DNA from: a virus
DNA: 64,000 nucleotides
Virus record (IMG/VR): IMGVR_UViG_3300045988_072028
Location: 1-64,000 of that record
Strand: one strand, 5' to 3'
Shown here: one piece after another, positions 1 to 9,351 of the stretch
Layout of the letters: each line of letters starts with the position of its first letter
How positions within the stretch are numbered: the stretch's first letter is position 1
The notes under the pieces: model-generated
What the model was told of the DNA's origin: nothing
The model's input: only the letters and a program-made list of their open reading frames with translations
Databases searched by the model: none
Position numbers and translations under genes: made by a program

Positions 1-3000
1 CAGGACCTATCCCCGTCTGAGTACAGTTTCGCCTTGAACGCTACCATAGAGGGTGACGATGGGAGTCAGCTTAAGATCCAGAACGAGCCTAGTACCCTTT
101 TATGTAAGCGATTTGATGGCTATAAGGTTATTGGGTATAAGAATGATATAGCTGGTGATAACACTTATTTCTTTCTGGTGAATCCTGATAACAACACCTC
201 TAAGATCACGTTCATGAGGTCATTGGATTATGTCAAGACCGTAGAGGATCAATTAGCGGGATCAGGGAAAGATATTCATCGTATCCTTGGCGAGAGGCTT
301 GAGGAGTCGGATGGTCGTTTCGATGAGATATGTGATTTGATGGAGGTGTTGATAGAGGATGGGACCGATGACCCTTGTCTTAACTTTTCCATTCATCACC
401 CGATCTTTGATATAGAGATCAAGGATGAGAAGTGTGGTAAGGTGATATACTGGACTGATGGATATAACCCCCAGCGATATGTTATGGTTGACAAGGCACT
501 TAATCCGGATGATGATGGTGACTTCTGGTATCATTATCATGGATATAAGACATGTGGGGATGATAAGCCAATAGAGAGGTGTAGGCTGGCTTGCGAGAAG
601 CTACTGGTATTCCCGCTGCTGACGGCCCCGTGCGTGGAGCCTGAGGTCGTGGAGTTCGGGGGAAGCCTGCGTGCCGGGACCTACCAGTTCTGCGTGGCGT
701 TGTGCGATGAGTTCGGGATAGAGAAGACCGGATATTGCTCATTGACCAACCCTATCATGATATTCGATCGTCAGGATATAGTCATTCGTGATGGCTTATG
801 GGGCAAATCAACCAACATGGGTATCCGGCTTACTGTATCCAATATAGATAAGCAGGTATCTCATTATAAGGTAGGTGTTATACAGAACACCGTTGGATAT
901 AATGGCGAGCAAAGCCCGGTTCTTGAGTATTTCATAGAAGGTATACATCCGATAACGGAAAGGACCATCTATTACCTTACGGATCAGTATAGTGAGCGTA
1001 CGACCATGGAGAAGTTATCCAAGGAAATACCGGTATATAAGACAGCCAGAGGCATGACGTCTGTCGGGAATCGTCTTCTTCAATACGGCTTGACCGTGGA
1101 GAATGAATGGAATCTTCAACCGGTCGTTAACTTCTTGGGTCATTTCGTTAAATGGCAGACATCTATAGCCACGGAGAATTTGTATAAAGACGGTGTGGCT
1201 TGCTCTAAATACGCCTCTTTCATGCGTGACGAGGTATATCCGTTGGGTATAAGATTCTTTACCAATACGGGATACAGGACAGCTAGATTCCCGCTTATCC
1301 CTCGTCCGGCCACAAGGGAGGAGATGGAGGTTATCGTTGATGAGGACGGTAACTCTGACGACCTGTCGGCTGCGTCGGTGCTGGAGAACAACCCGCAGTG
1401 CGCAGGGAACAGCCGCCGTCATCTTTGGCAGTTTAAGAATACGGCAAAGATCATAAACGACCCGTCTTGGGGATTTGATGGTTTTGGAGGAGAATGCAAG
1501 AATCAGCTAGATGTCAAGCAACTCAGATATGTAGAGCAGGAATATGCCACAGTAGGAGAGACTCAATTCGTTATCAACACGATGGGGGAAGATGTTACGG
1601 TAGATGATGCTATTGATTATATCGCTGATAATATAGAGAATCTGTGTGATATCATAGGATCTAATGTAGGTATTACCGACGAGTTATGCGCTGCTATATC
1701 GTTGCCGGAGGATCAAGACGGTATAAAGGCTCCCGATTTCCCTAGTGGATGTGATGATATTGAGAGGATAGAGACCAGGACTATATTGGATAAAAACTCT
1801 TTGGTGGATTCTAGGATTGATTTTACATATAAGCTGGCTAGTGATTATGTGGAGACCGAGCCTACTACATTAATACAAAGTAATGCCGAGTCACAAAGGA
1901 AGTTCTCTGTATTGTGTGATTTCGATAATTATTCCAGTGGAGGTAAGAATATCATAGATCTGGTTCAGGAATGGCTGGATGGTCAGGATGAGGACAAATT
2001 CCCGTCTGATATAGATTCTTCCGCCTTGGTCTTGTGCCAGGATATGTCTAATGTCCGGCAGCTATATGATGAGGGTATATGTACTAATGGTTGTTCGGTA
2101 GGAGATCCTTACGTGAATCCTACTATTAACGATGTGCAACTACCAACGTTCCAAGGAGGTAGGTCATTGGGTAAATGTACGTTCTTATTCCAAGGCGATG
2201 GATGGGAAGGCAAGAAGCATACCGAGACTATGCTTGATATATTGATGGATTCAATGAAAAAGTACTTCCCTCAATATGAGAGTCAGTTTGGTATTGAGAA
2301 CGCCATGTGTCTTTTTGGTGATGGTGATAACTCTAAGTTCAATACCGGCATATCTACTGATTGGGAAGATCGTGTGTCTGTGCAGAATGATATTGACGCT
2401 AAGACTAATTGGTTCGGTAGAAGCAACTTGACTTATTTCAAGTTCTATCCACATGTATCCTCATACGCCAGATGGGTGGAGTTGGATTACGAGAAATACA
2501 TAAGTGGTTTATCCGATCCTGATAACGGTATTATGTATATAGAGATGATGGGTAACTATAATTATCCGATCGGCGACTCATCATCATACAATAAGGTTCG
2601 TATAACGTTTTTCTCGGACAAGGAAGGTACCGTGGCTCCTAATCCTTTGGCTAATGATGCCAAGAAAGGTGTTATAGTGAATTACGTGGATCATAAGATA
2701 TTTATGATGCCAAAGTACTTGTTCTGGAATGATGACAAGACTACTTTCCATAAGATATATGTTTGCATCGAGCCTGCGGTATGCGTGTTCTTCACCGGTT
2801 TCGCCATGAGGCAGGACATGAAGGAGCTTGCCGGATTCTATACGGCCGGCACCGCCATCTTCCCCGCCCCGTTCTGTTTTGGCATTCGGCCACTGGAGGT
2901 GAAATACGTATTCTTCTTCACGAAAGAATTGAAATTAAGAAGATTTGTTACCTATGAGGCGAAATGTATCTCATGTGGAGATAAACCCGCTGATTGCGCT

Positions 3001-6000
3001 CCCAGACCATATCAGTATGGTGATTTCGGATATTGGGAGTCTACCAATAAGTATCCGGCTAATTTTGAGTTGTATGATTCAAGTAAGATCGGGATATCAT
3101 CGGGAGGATCAAAGAGGAAGGACATAATAGATTCTTTGACGAAATACTATGGGTCTCCTAAATCCGTTGAGGGTAAGTCTTATTTCACCGGTAATGGGGG
3201 TAACGCTGAGTACCCCAATACGTCAACCACGTTTTGTCAGAGACCTATACGTCATTACAAGTTCCCGGATAACTCTGTCGCTCCTTTTATGGGTAATCCG
3301 TCTCAGCTGACTGGTCAATATGGAGTTGACTCCTATATTTATCCTATGGGGGTGATGCTTGATGACGATATCGTTAATGAGTTTTTGGATATAGCGGTAG
3401 AGAACGGTCTTATAGATAAGGCTAGAAGGGATTCCATAATAGGATATGAGTTGTATAGGGGCGATAGGACGTTGGATAAGAGCGTTATCGGAACCGGTCT
3501 GGCTTATGATATGTTTAAGTACGATGATCCCGACGGATCGGCTAACCTTTATCCTAATTACCCTTACAACGATTTGTCTGATGATATGTATATCTATAAG
3601 GATATTAATCGTGAGAAATTTATAACGCATCCGTTTAACAGGAAGGGTAATATCTGGTATTCATTCTTAAGTCCTGATATTGCCTTTAACAAGCCTGACG
3701 CTCCCACCGAGTGCCTTGTTGATGGTTATCAATTAGGTAAATCCTCCGGTATATTCAGGGAGGTGGAGGATCACCCTAAATGGACGATATTAGGGGGTAA
3801 GGCTTATAGTATGGCAACGTCATTGGCTACGGTGGAGGCTATGGCTAATTTAATATCCGCTATAGCTGAGTATACATATCAGTCGGCTTCACAGCAATAT
3901 GTCGGTGGAGGCGTGTTCTTTTTAGCCAACCCTGTCGGCATAGCGCTGACGGCTATCCGTCTGGCTACGGGTATCGCCAAGGCCACAGCCCAGTCCGTGG
4001 TGGATATAGGCAAGTACAGATATCAGTGGTTAACGGCATTGATAGATAGGGGACCTAGACGGAACTATGCTTATTATTATACTTCTGTCGCTCATTATAA
4101 TTTATTTTACCAAAAAATAGGGGCGTCGGAGCTACGTGGATTGTCAACGGCCAAATATATCAAGAGCGGATTGTATCCGGTTACAGACATCTCGTCACAA
4201 GGGGGAACCGTAGGTGGTAAGCCTATTATCATAAACAACCTCGATCGTGAGCATTCGTTGTTCATGTCATTTGGTATGGATAAGTATATGCTTGAATATC
4301 CGGAGTTGGTTTCAAGTTACGATACCAGCCGTATTCAGGATGAGTGTAATATTCGTAACGATGAGGTGGCTGGTATGACGCCTCATTTTATGACACGTGA
4401 ATCTTTCGTATCCTGCCCCTATATGAGGATAAAGAAATATTCTCCGGCTCAATACGGGCAGATAGAGGATATCAGGTGGGTATCGTTAGGTGGTTGCGGG
4501 TTGATGGATGAGAATAAGCGTAAACCTGTTTTTGGAGGTGATGTATTTATATCAAGATTCTCGCTTAAGAGGAAGATGCCTATGTTTTATTTGACTCAGT
4601 TCGGTCAGGGGGACATGATACCATTCCCTTATTACGATTATCGAAACATCGGGTATCCCCGTTATTTCGTTAATTACGATACCGGGGAGGATTATCTTAA
4701 CAAGACCGATACGGATACCGGATCGCTATACTCTTTCCCTAGCCGGAAGAGCGCTTATGAGATGGTTTGCAAGACCGGAGATATGTATCTTAGCGGTCGT
4801 TTCTTCCTATACTTCTATGGCATACCTCAGTTTCTTGTGGAGTCTGAGATCAATTGCAATTTCCGTATAGCCGGGCCTGAGCCTTACGAGGGGTTCTATC
4901 CGGAGGTAGGGGATTATATATCATGGACTCAGGAGCGTAATGTCCCTATATCAAGGGATAATGTGTTTAAGATAAGTCCTGTGTATAAGAATCGTTTTAC
5001 GCTAGGCGGAAGGTCATTACCAGAGACGTATGATAGCAATTTTTGGGACTGCGCTTACCAAAGACCCAACGGCGTCATATGGAGCACCGCCGACGTGTCG
5101 GAGAACGGCATGACCGATCCTTGGCTGTCGTACAAGCCTATGGATTACCATGAGTTCAAGACCTCTTTCGGGAAACTTATAAGCATGAAAGGGATAGAGT
5201 CGGATCAGATACTGGCTCGCTTCGAGAATCAGGTAGGGCTGTATAACGCCATAGACGTGTTGGCGGAGAGAATATCCCCGGAGAATAGCGAGCTAGGGAC
5301 AGGTGGTCTTTTCGCCTCTCGTGGTATCGAGTATAATAATACGACGTTAGGATATTCCGGGACCCAGAGTCGGGATATGATCAGTTGCGAGTTTGGGCAT
5401 TTTTGGGTCGATTTAAGGCGTGGTCAGGTGTTTAAGGTAGATTCTAATGGGAGGAATCTTACGGAGGTCACACCGGGACTTAGAAACTGGTTTAAGGAGC
5501 ATCTTCAGATGAAGATCATCCGTAGCCGGATATATAACGCTGATACGGACGCTGAGTTGTCTTATTATGATATCGATAACAAGTTCTTTGGTATAGGGCT
5601 ATCCATGGGCTGGGACAATCGGTTCAAGAGGGTTCTGATAACCAAGAAAGATTATATACCGGTAGGGAATCCGAGCGAGTACCAATTCCGTGGCGGCCGG
5701 TTCTACAGGAACGGACAGGCGGTGGAGTTGCAGGACACCAGCCATTTCACGGACGTCTCGTTCACCGTTGGGTATAACTGCCTGAAGGGTGAGTGGAAAT
5801 CATATTTATCCTACACCCCTGATTATTATATCGAGCACCAGCATTATTTCCAGTCTGGAAAGAACTACTCAAGTGAAAGTCAGGAGATAGGGTTATGGTC
5901 TCATGGATTGACCAACCAATCTTATCAAGTATTTTACGGTAAGCTATATCCGTTCGTTATAGAGGTCCCGGTACGTGAGCAGTATGTGAATAAGATCCTC

Positions 6001-6459
6001 ACGAACTACCAATATCGGATGGATGCCAGAAGGTATCAGGATGAGGTTAATTACCAAATCCTTAGGACTACTGGATTCAATAAGGCATGGTTTTATAATG
6101 ATACGAACAACAGCGGTGAACTTCGGATGGTTATCGCCGACAAGAACGATATGAGCCAGCGGTTAAGGTATCCTATAACCAATGATGATAGCCGTGAGAT
6201 ACTGGTGACGGAGGTTGATCAGAAGATAAATATAAATGACTATTTTAACGAGGTCAAAGACGATACTAATAATCTCCCGGTATGGATCAAGGACGTGAAT
6301 GACATTGACCGGAAGATCGACCCTAGGGCTGTCGATTATCATCGGAGGTGGCGTGATCGTCTTCGTGGCGATTGGTTCTTGGCTAGGTTCGTGAATGACA
6401 TTGAGAGCAGGTTCAAGATGATAGTTCGTTGGTTTAGCAATGATGAGAAAGTTTATTAA
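1..6459 (+). CDS. giant virion/tail-associated structural protein, 5'-partial (>2141 aa); function not assignable
   Basis: The reading frame is open from nt 1, with no in-frame stop upstream of the TTG at 34, so the gene starts outside the window. TAA at 6457. YWTD-like motif GKVIYWTDG. Immediately precedes a tail-fibre gene. Confidence 0.85.
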   Translation, partial: QDLSPSEYSFALNATIEGDDGSQLKIQNEPSTLLCKRFDGYKVIGYKNDIAGDNTYFFLVNPDNNTSKITFMRSLDYVKTVEDQLAGSGKDIHRILGERLEESDGRFDEICDLMEVLIEDGTDDPCLNFSIHHPIFDIEIKDEKCGKVIYWTDGYNPQRYVMVDKALNPDDDGDFWYHYHGYKTCGDDKPIERCRLACEKLLVFPLLTAPCVEPEVVEFGGSLRAGTYQFCVALCDEFGIEKTGYCSLTNPIMIFDRQDIVIRDGLWGKSTNMGIRLTVSNIDKQVSHYKVGVIQNTVGYNGEQSPVLEYFIEGIHPITERTIYYLTDQYSERTTMEKLSKEIPVYKTARGMTSVGNRLLQYGLTVENEWNLQPVVNFLGHFVKWQTSIATENLYKDGVACSKYASFMRDEVYPLGIRFFTNTGYRTARFPLIPRPATREEMEVIVDEDGNSDDLSAASVLENNPQCAGNSRRHLWQFKNTAKIINDPSWGFDGFGGECKNQLDVKQLRYVEQEYATVGETQFVINTMGEDVTVDDAIDYIADNIENLCDIIGSNVGITDELCAAISLPEDQDGIKAPDFPSGCDDIERIETRTILDKNSLVDSRIDFTYKLASDYVETEPTTLIQSNAESQRKFSVLCDFDNYSSGGKNIIDLVQEWLDGQDEDKFPSDIDSSALVLCQDMSNVRQLYDEGICTNGCSVGDPYVNPTINDVQLPTFQGGRSLGKCTFLFQGDGWEGKKHTETMLDILMDSMKKYFPQYESQFGIENAMCLFGDGDNSKFNTGISTDWEDRVSVQNDIDAKTNWFGRSNLTYFKFYPHVSSYARWVELDYEKYISGLSDPDNGIMYIEMMGNYNYPIGDSSSYNKVRITFFSDKEGTVAPNPLANDAKKGVIVNYVDHKIFMMPKYLFWNDDKTTFHKIYVCIEPAVCVFFTGFAMRQDMKELAGFYTAGTAIFPAPFCFGIRPLEVKYVFFFTKELKLRRFVTYEAKCISCGDKPADCAPRPYQYGDFGYWESTNKYPANFELYDSSKIGISSGGSKRKDIIDSLTKYYGSPKSVEGKSYFTGNGGNAEYPNTSTTFCQRPIRHYKFPDNSVAPFMGNPSQLTGQYGVDSYIYPMGVMLDDDIVNEFLDIAVENGLIDKARRDSIIGYELYRGDRTLDKSVIGTGLAYDMFKYDDPDGSANLYPNYPYNDLSDDMYIYKDINREKFITHPFNRKGNIWYSFLSPDIAFNKPDAPTECLVDGYQLGKSSGIFREVEDHPKWTILGGKAYSMATSLATVEAMANLISAIAEYTYQSASQQYVGGGVFFLANPVGIALTAIRLATGIAKATAQSVVDIGKYRYQWLTALIDRGPRRNYAYYYTSVAHYNLFYQKIGASELRGLSTAKYIKSGLYPVTDISSQGGTVGGKPIIINNLDREHSLFMSFGMDKYMLEYPELVSSYDTSRIQDECNIRNDEVAGMTPHFMTRESFVSCPYMRIKKYSPAQYGQIEDIRWVSLGGCGLMDENKRKPVFGGDVFISRFSLKRKMPMFYLTQFGQGDMIPFPYYDYRNIGYPRYFVNYDTGEDYLNKTDTDTGSLYSFPSRKSAYEMVCKTGDMYLSGRFFLYFYGIPQFLVESEINCNFRIAGPEPYEGFYPEVGDYISWTQERNVPISRDNVFKISPVYKNRFTLGGRSLPETYDSNFWDCAYQRPNGVIWSTADVSENGMTDPWLSYKPMDYHEFKTSFGKLISMKGIESDQILARFENQVGLYNAIDVLAERISPENSELGTGGLFASRGIEYNNTTLGYSGTQSRDMISCEFGHFWVDLRRGQVFKVDSNGRNLTEVTPGLRNWFKEHLQMKIIRSRIYNADTDAELSYYDIDNKFFGIGLSMGWDNRFKRVLITKKDYIPVGNPSEYQFRGGRFYRNGQAVELQDTSHFTDVSFTVGYNCLKGEWKSYLSYTPDYYIEHQHYFQSGKNYSSESQEIGLWSHGLTNQSYQVFYGKLYPFVIEVPVREQYVNKILTNYQYRMDARRYQDEVNYQILRTTGFNKAWFYNDTNNSGELRMVIADKNDMSQRLRYPITNDDSREILVTEVDQKININDYFNEVKDDTNNLPVWIKDVNDIDRKIDPRAVDYHRRWRDRLRGDWFLARFVNDIESRFKMIVRWFSNDEKVY

Positions 6460-6472
6460 TTTATTAACATAT

Positions 6473-6483
6473 GGGGGGGGGGG
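6473..6483. repeat. G11 homopolymer tract upstream of tail-fibre gene 1
   Basis: Counted directly: g at 6473-6483. The tract is 13 nt after the upstream TAA and 34 nt before ATG 6518. Confidence 0.95.
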
Positions 6484-6517
6484 TATTTGCCGCCTCTTCC
6501 TTGTATATTAAAACGAT

Positions 6518-8794
6518 ATGGAAGATTTTATTGGTAAGTACGATGGTAATCAAATAGACAGTAGACTTGATAAGGTCAAGGATATGGTTGGCGCTACGGC
6601 GTCTCAGGCTGGGGAGGATGGATTGGTACCAGCTCCGGCGAAGGGAGATGAGGGTAGGTTTCTTTGTGGAGATGGCACGTGGAAGGATGTGGTAGTCGAA
6701 CCAGATTACACAGTGTTTGACATTGTTATGGAGATATCATCAAGTGGTAACCTATCTATATCTCAGGAAAATTATAATAAATTATTAGAGAAACTTCCAA
6801 GCAATGCTGTTAATATATTTCCAGTCAGAGATAATGGAGTATACATATCAAGTATTTTTGGTGGGTATAATGTTAATGATGATAATTCTATTTGGCTTTA
6901 TATAAAACAGGATGCGGGAATATTACATAATTCTTCTATACAAATCTCTATATATCAAAATTTAACTGTTGCTATAACTTCTGGTATGAATTATTTAATA
7001 CCAGTAAATGATGGAATTGATGTATATACAAACCTATCAAATGATTCTTCTGAGAATGATATTAGACAGTTAACAATACATACTACAGGTGATGGAACTA
7101 AATCTTTAATGGATGATGGTAAATATCGTAAGCTGCCCGTGTACGGCAGGAACCTGTTGCTGGGATCGGGGAAGGAGGTGAGTCACTCAAATTACGAAAT
7201 GGGCCGTTATTGGTTGGTAGAGCAGATACCGGAAGGTACACAAGTCACATTGACTATTTGGGGAGAATTAGGTGAAGGGAAAAATTATTTTTCTATCTAT
7301 AACACTAAAGGATTAGGTGAAAATTATTTAGAAACTAGAATATATAGTACTGGTTTTATAGAGGGGAAAGCTTCTAGTACTTTTAATTGGAAAGTGGCTG
7401 ATTCTAATTCTTCTATACTTATATATTCCGCTCCACAAAATGTTACCTCTGTATCCACCATCCACAAGATCAAGCTCGAGTACGGTGACATCTCGACCGA
7501 GTGGTCTCCAGCTTGGGAAGACATACCAGATCTAGAAGAAAGATATGCATACGGTGTTGAATGGGATACTGCATCATCTAGTCCTGATGGGGTTAGAGTA
7601 GGTAATATGCAATTGCATAGGGAGTTGCCGGTGCAGAGTAAGATGAGAAGGTGTCTTTTGGATAGAGATGGTGGAGTTAAAGAATATTTGGATAATGAGC
7701 TTTCATGGGGTGGAAGCTATTTGGATTATGCCGTTATGACAGAGATACCTGAACATTGGTATAAATTGTATTTTAATGGCACTAAATTTAGGAAGATGTT
7801 GTCCGAAATTCCATTACCTGGGTATAAACATGTAGATAAGTTCTATATCTCAACATATGAAGCCAGAATGTATAGAACCGATAATTTATTATGTTCGGTG
7901 GCTGGAGCTAGTAAATTAAGTGATCCTAATTCAACTAATTTTAGAGGTGGTGACAACACCGCTGAATGGGATGATACCTACCGTTCCCTACTCGGCCGCC
8001 CCGTCACCAACCTCACCCGAGACCAATTCCGTCAAGCCGCGAGGAAACGTGGCAGCGGTTGGGAGATGTATACCTACAACGCCCACAAGATACTGTTCTG
8101 GCTATTCGCCGTCGAGTACGCCACTTTGGACAGCCAGAAACCTTTCAACGCCCAGAAGGACGCTAACGGTTTCGCCCAAGGCGGCCTAGGTCCGGGACCG
8201 ACGCAAATGACGGATTGGGCTAACTTCAACAACGCCAACCCCCTTATCCCATGCGGCTATACCAACGAGTTCGGGAACGGCTCGGGAGAGAAGGCATATG
8301 TGGTGAAGAACGCTTCCGGCGGTACTCATGCCACATTGATGGCTAACAGGTATCGTGGTATAGAGAATCCGTTCGGCCATATCTGGAAATACACCGATGG
8401 GGCCAACATACAAGTCACCACGGGTGATTCCGGATTGTCTATCTTATGGACTACCGATGACCCGTCAAACTTCAGCGATACATCTTACACAGGCTATAAC
8501 AAGAAAGGCAACATCTGCCGTACCAATGGTTATGCCAAGAAGATGCTCCTAGGTGAGGATGGTGATATCGTGGCTACGGAGGTCGGCGGTAGTAGCTCTA
8601 CCTACTGGTGCGACTATTACTACACCTATACGCAAGCCAACCGCTTACAGGTGGTGCGGGTTGGCGGTGGCGCGGACAACGGGTCGCATGCGGGCCTCGC
8701 TGGCGTGCATGCGGATACTGCGCCTTCCGCTGCGGGTCGTGGCGTCGGTTCGCACCTTTGCTTTTTCCCCGAATTTCGTAAAACGTCGGCGTAG
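6518..8794 (+). CDS. tail fibre / receptor-binding protein 1 (lectin/FGE-like C-terminal domain suspected)
   Basis: 758-aa ORF. N-terminus MEDFIGKYDGNQIDSRLDK is shared with fibre 2. GLVPAPAKGDEGRFLCGDGTW resembles the repeated AGLVPxPAAGKQxSFLRGDGTW of fibre 2. C-terminal motifs RYRGIENPFGHIWKYTDG and VGGGADNGSHAG are typical of lectin-fold phage receptor-binding domains. Confidence 0.8.
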   Translation: MEDFIGKYDGNQIDSRLDKVKDMVGATASQAGEDGLVPAPAKGDEGRFLCGDGTWKDVVVEPDYTVFDIVMEISSSGNLSISQENYNKLLEKLPSNAVNIFPVRDNGVYISSIFGGYNVNDDNSIWLYIKQDAGILHNSSIQISIYQNLTVAITSGMNYLIPVNDGIDVYTNLSNDSSENDIRQLTIHTTGDGTKSLMDDGKYRKLPVYGRNLLLGSGKEVSHSNYEMGRYWLVEQIPEGTQVTLTIWGELGEGKNYFSIYNTKGLGENYLETRIYSTGFIEGKASSTFNWKVADSNSSILIYSAPQNVTSVSTIHKIKLEYGDISTEWSPAWEDIPDLEERYAYGVEWDTASSSPDGVRVGNMQLHRELPVQSKMRRCLLDRDGGVKEYLDNELSWGGSYLDYAVMTEIPEHWYKLYFNGTKFRKMLSEIPLPGYKHVDKFYISTYEARMYRTDNLLCSVAGASKLSDPNSTNFRGGDNTAEWDDTYRSLLGRPVTNLTRDQFRQAARKRGSGWEMYTYNAHKILFWLFAVEYATLDSQKPFNAQKDANGFAQGGLGPGPTQMTDWANFNNANPLIPCGYTNEFGNGSGEKAYVVKNASGGTHATLMANRYRGIENPFGHIWKYTDGANIQVTTGDSGLSILWTTDDPSNFSDTSYTGYNKKGNICRTNGYAKKMLLGEDGDIVATEVGGSSSTYWCDYYYTYTQANRLQVVRVGGGADNGSHAGLAGVHADTAPSAAGRGVGSHLCFFPEFRKTSA

Positions 8795-8823
8795 CCGCAC
8801 GTCTCACGTCGGGATTTTTTTTT
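8767..8823 (+). terminator. intrinsic terminator-like structure after fibre 1
   Basis: Inner hairpin cgtcggc/gccg(c)acg at 8784-8801. It is enclosed by cccga (8768-8772) pairing with tcggg (8809-8813). A T9 run follows at 8815-8823. Confidence 0.55.
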
Positions 8824-8846
8824 GTGTGATGATTAAATAACAAGAT

Positions 8847-9212
8847 ATGAAAAGAACATATAGCGACACTATACCGATCACTATAGAAAAGGATGGTGAC
8901 GGTTCCTACCTGTACCGGTGGGACGTTAGAGAGGAGACAAGGGAGATGGGTGACGATATGTCCCCCGTGATCTCCTATAGTTACAACGAGGTCAGGGTAT
9001 GGCCCACGTTGACGGCCAATAAGATATTGGAGGCCTGTATCGACGCCCTATGGGGTAGCGGTGTTGAGCAGAAGATGCTGAACGACTATAACGCCGCCAA
9101 GTTAGGCATACTTGACTCGTCTTACATCGAGTCCTATAAGGTATTTCTGAATGACAGGAAGTCATTGAAGGAGCGAGTGGACGGTGATTTTCTGGATTGG
9201 GAGAATGGCTAG
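8847..9212 (+). CDS. hypothetical protein (121 aa) downstream of fibre 1
   Basis: ATG-initiated ORF, co-directional, with clean coding appearance. No recognisable motif. Confidence 0.65.
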   Translation: MKRTYSDTIPITIEKDGDGSYLYRWDVREETREMGDDMSPVISYSYNEVRVWPTLTANKILEACIDALWGSGVEQKMLNDYNAAKLGILDSSYIESYKVFLNDRKSLKERVDGDFLDWENG

Positions 9213-9327
9213 TTGACACGCTAGCGCCCTCAATGGGGCGGGATTTGGTCTTATGTTGATATCATGGGCGGGTATGTGATGTGGATCATGTTCCCGTCTC
9301 GTGTTTTAATATCCGTTTGATTGTGCG

Positions 9328-9335
9328 TATATTTG
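9328..9335 (+). promoter_or_regulatory. Bacteroidota-type -7 promoter box TATATTTG
   Basis: Matches the TAnnTTTG consensus, 16 nt upstream of ATG 9352. Confidence 0.55.
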
Positions 9336-9351
9336 TGGAAAAACGTGATTT

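Noticed and set aside
508-522. NPDDDGD in the first giant ORF resembles the universal RNAP NADFDGD motif.
   Set aside because: The surrounding sequence (GKVIYWTDGYNPQRY..) looks like a beta-propeller/structural context, and the gene sits directly in front of the tail-fibre genes. A single acidic pentapeptide is insufficient evidence.
8553-8843. Overlapping 95-aa (+) and 81-aa (-) ORFs at the end of fibre 1. Similar cases are 500..742(-), 2763..2957(+), 55470..55787(+), 23329..23868(-), 17499..17999(-) and 16422..16850(-).
   Set aside because: All lie inside long, well-supported ORFs, mostly in GC-rich islands where stops are rare. Their products are low-complexity, Arg/Pro/His-rich translations.
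8847-9212. The 121-aa ORF after fibre 1 as a DGR accessory protein (Avd).
   Set aside because: The protein is acidic, not the basic four-helix bundle expected for Avd. The adjacent 139-nt spacer (9213-9351) shows no similarity to the putative variable region, so no template repeat is present here.
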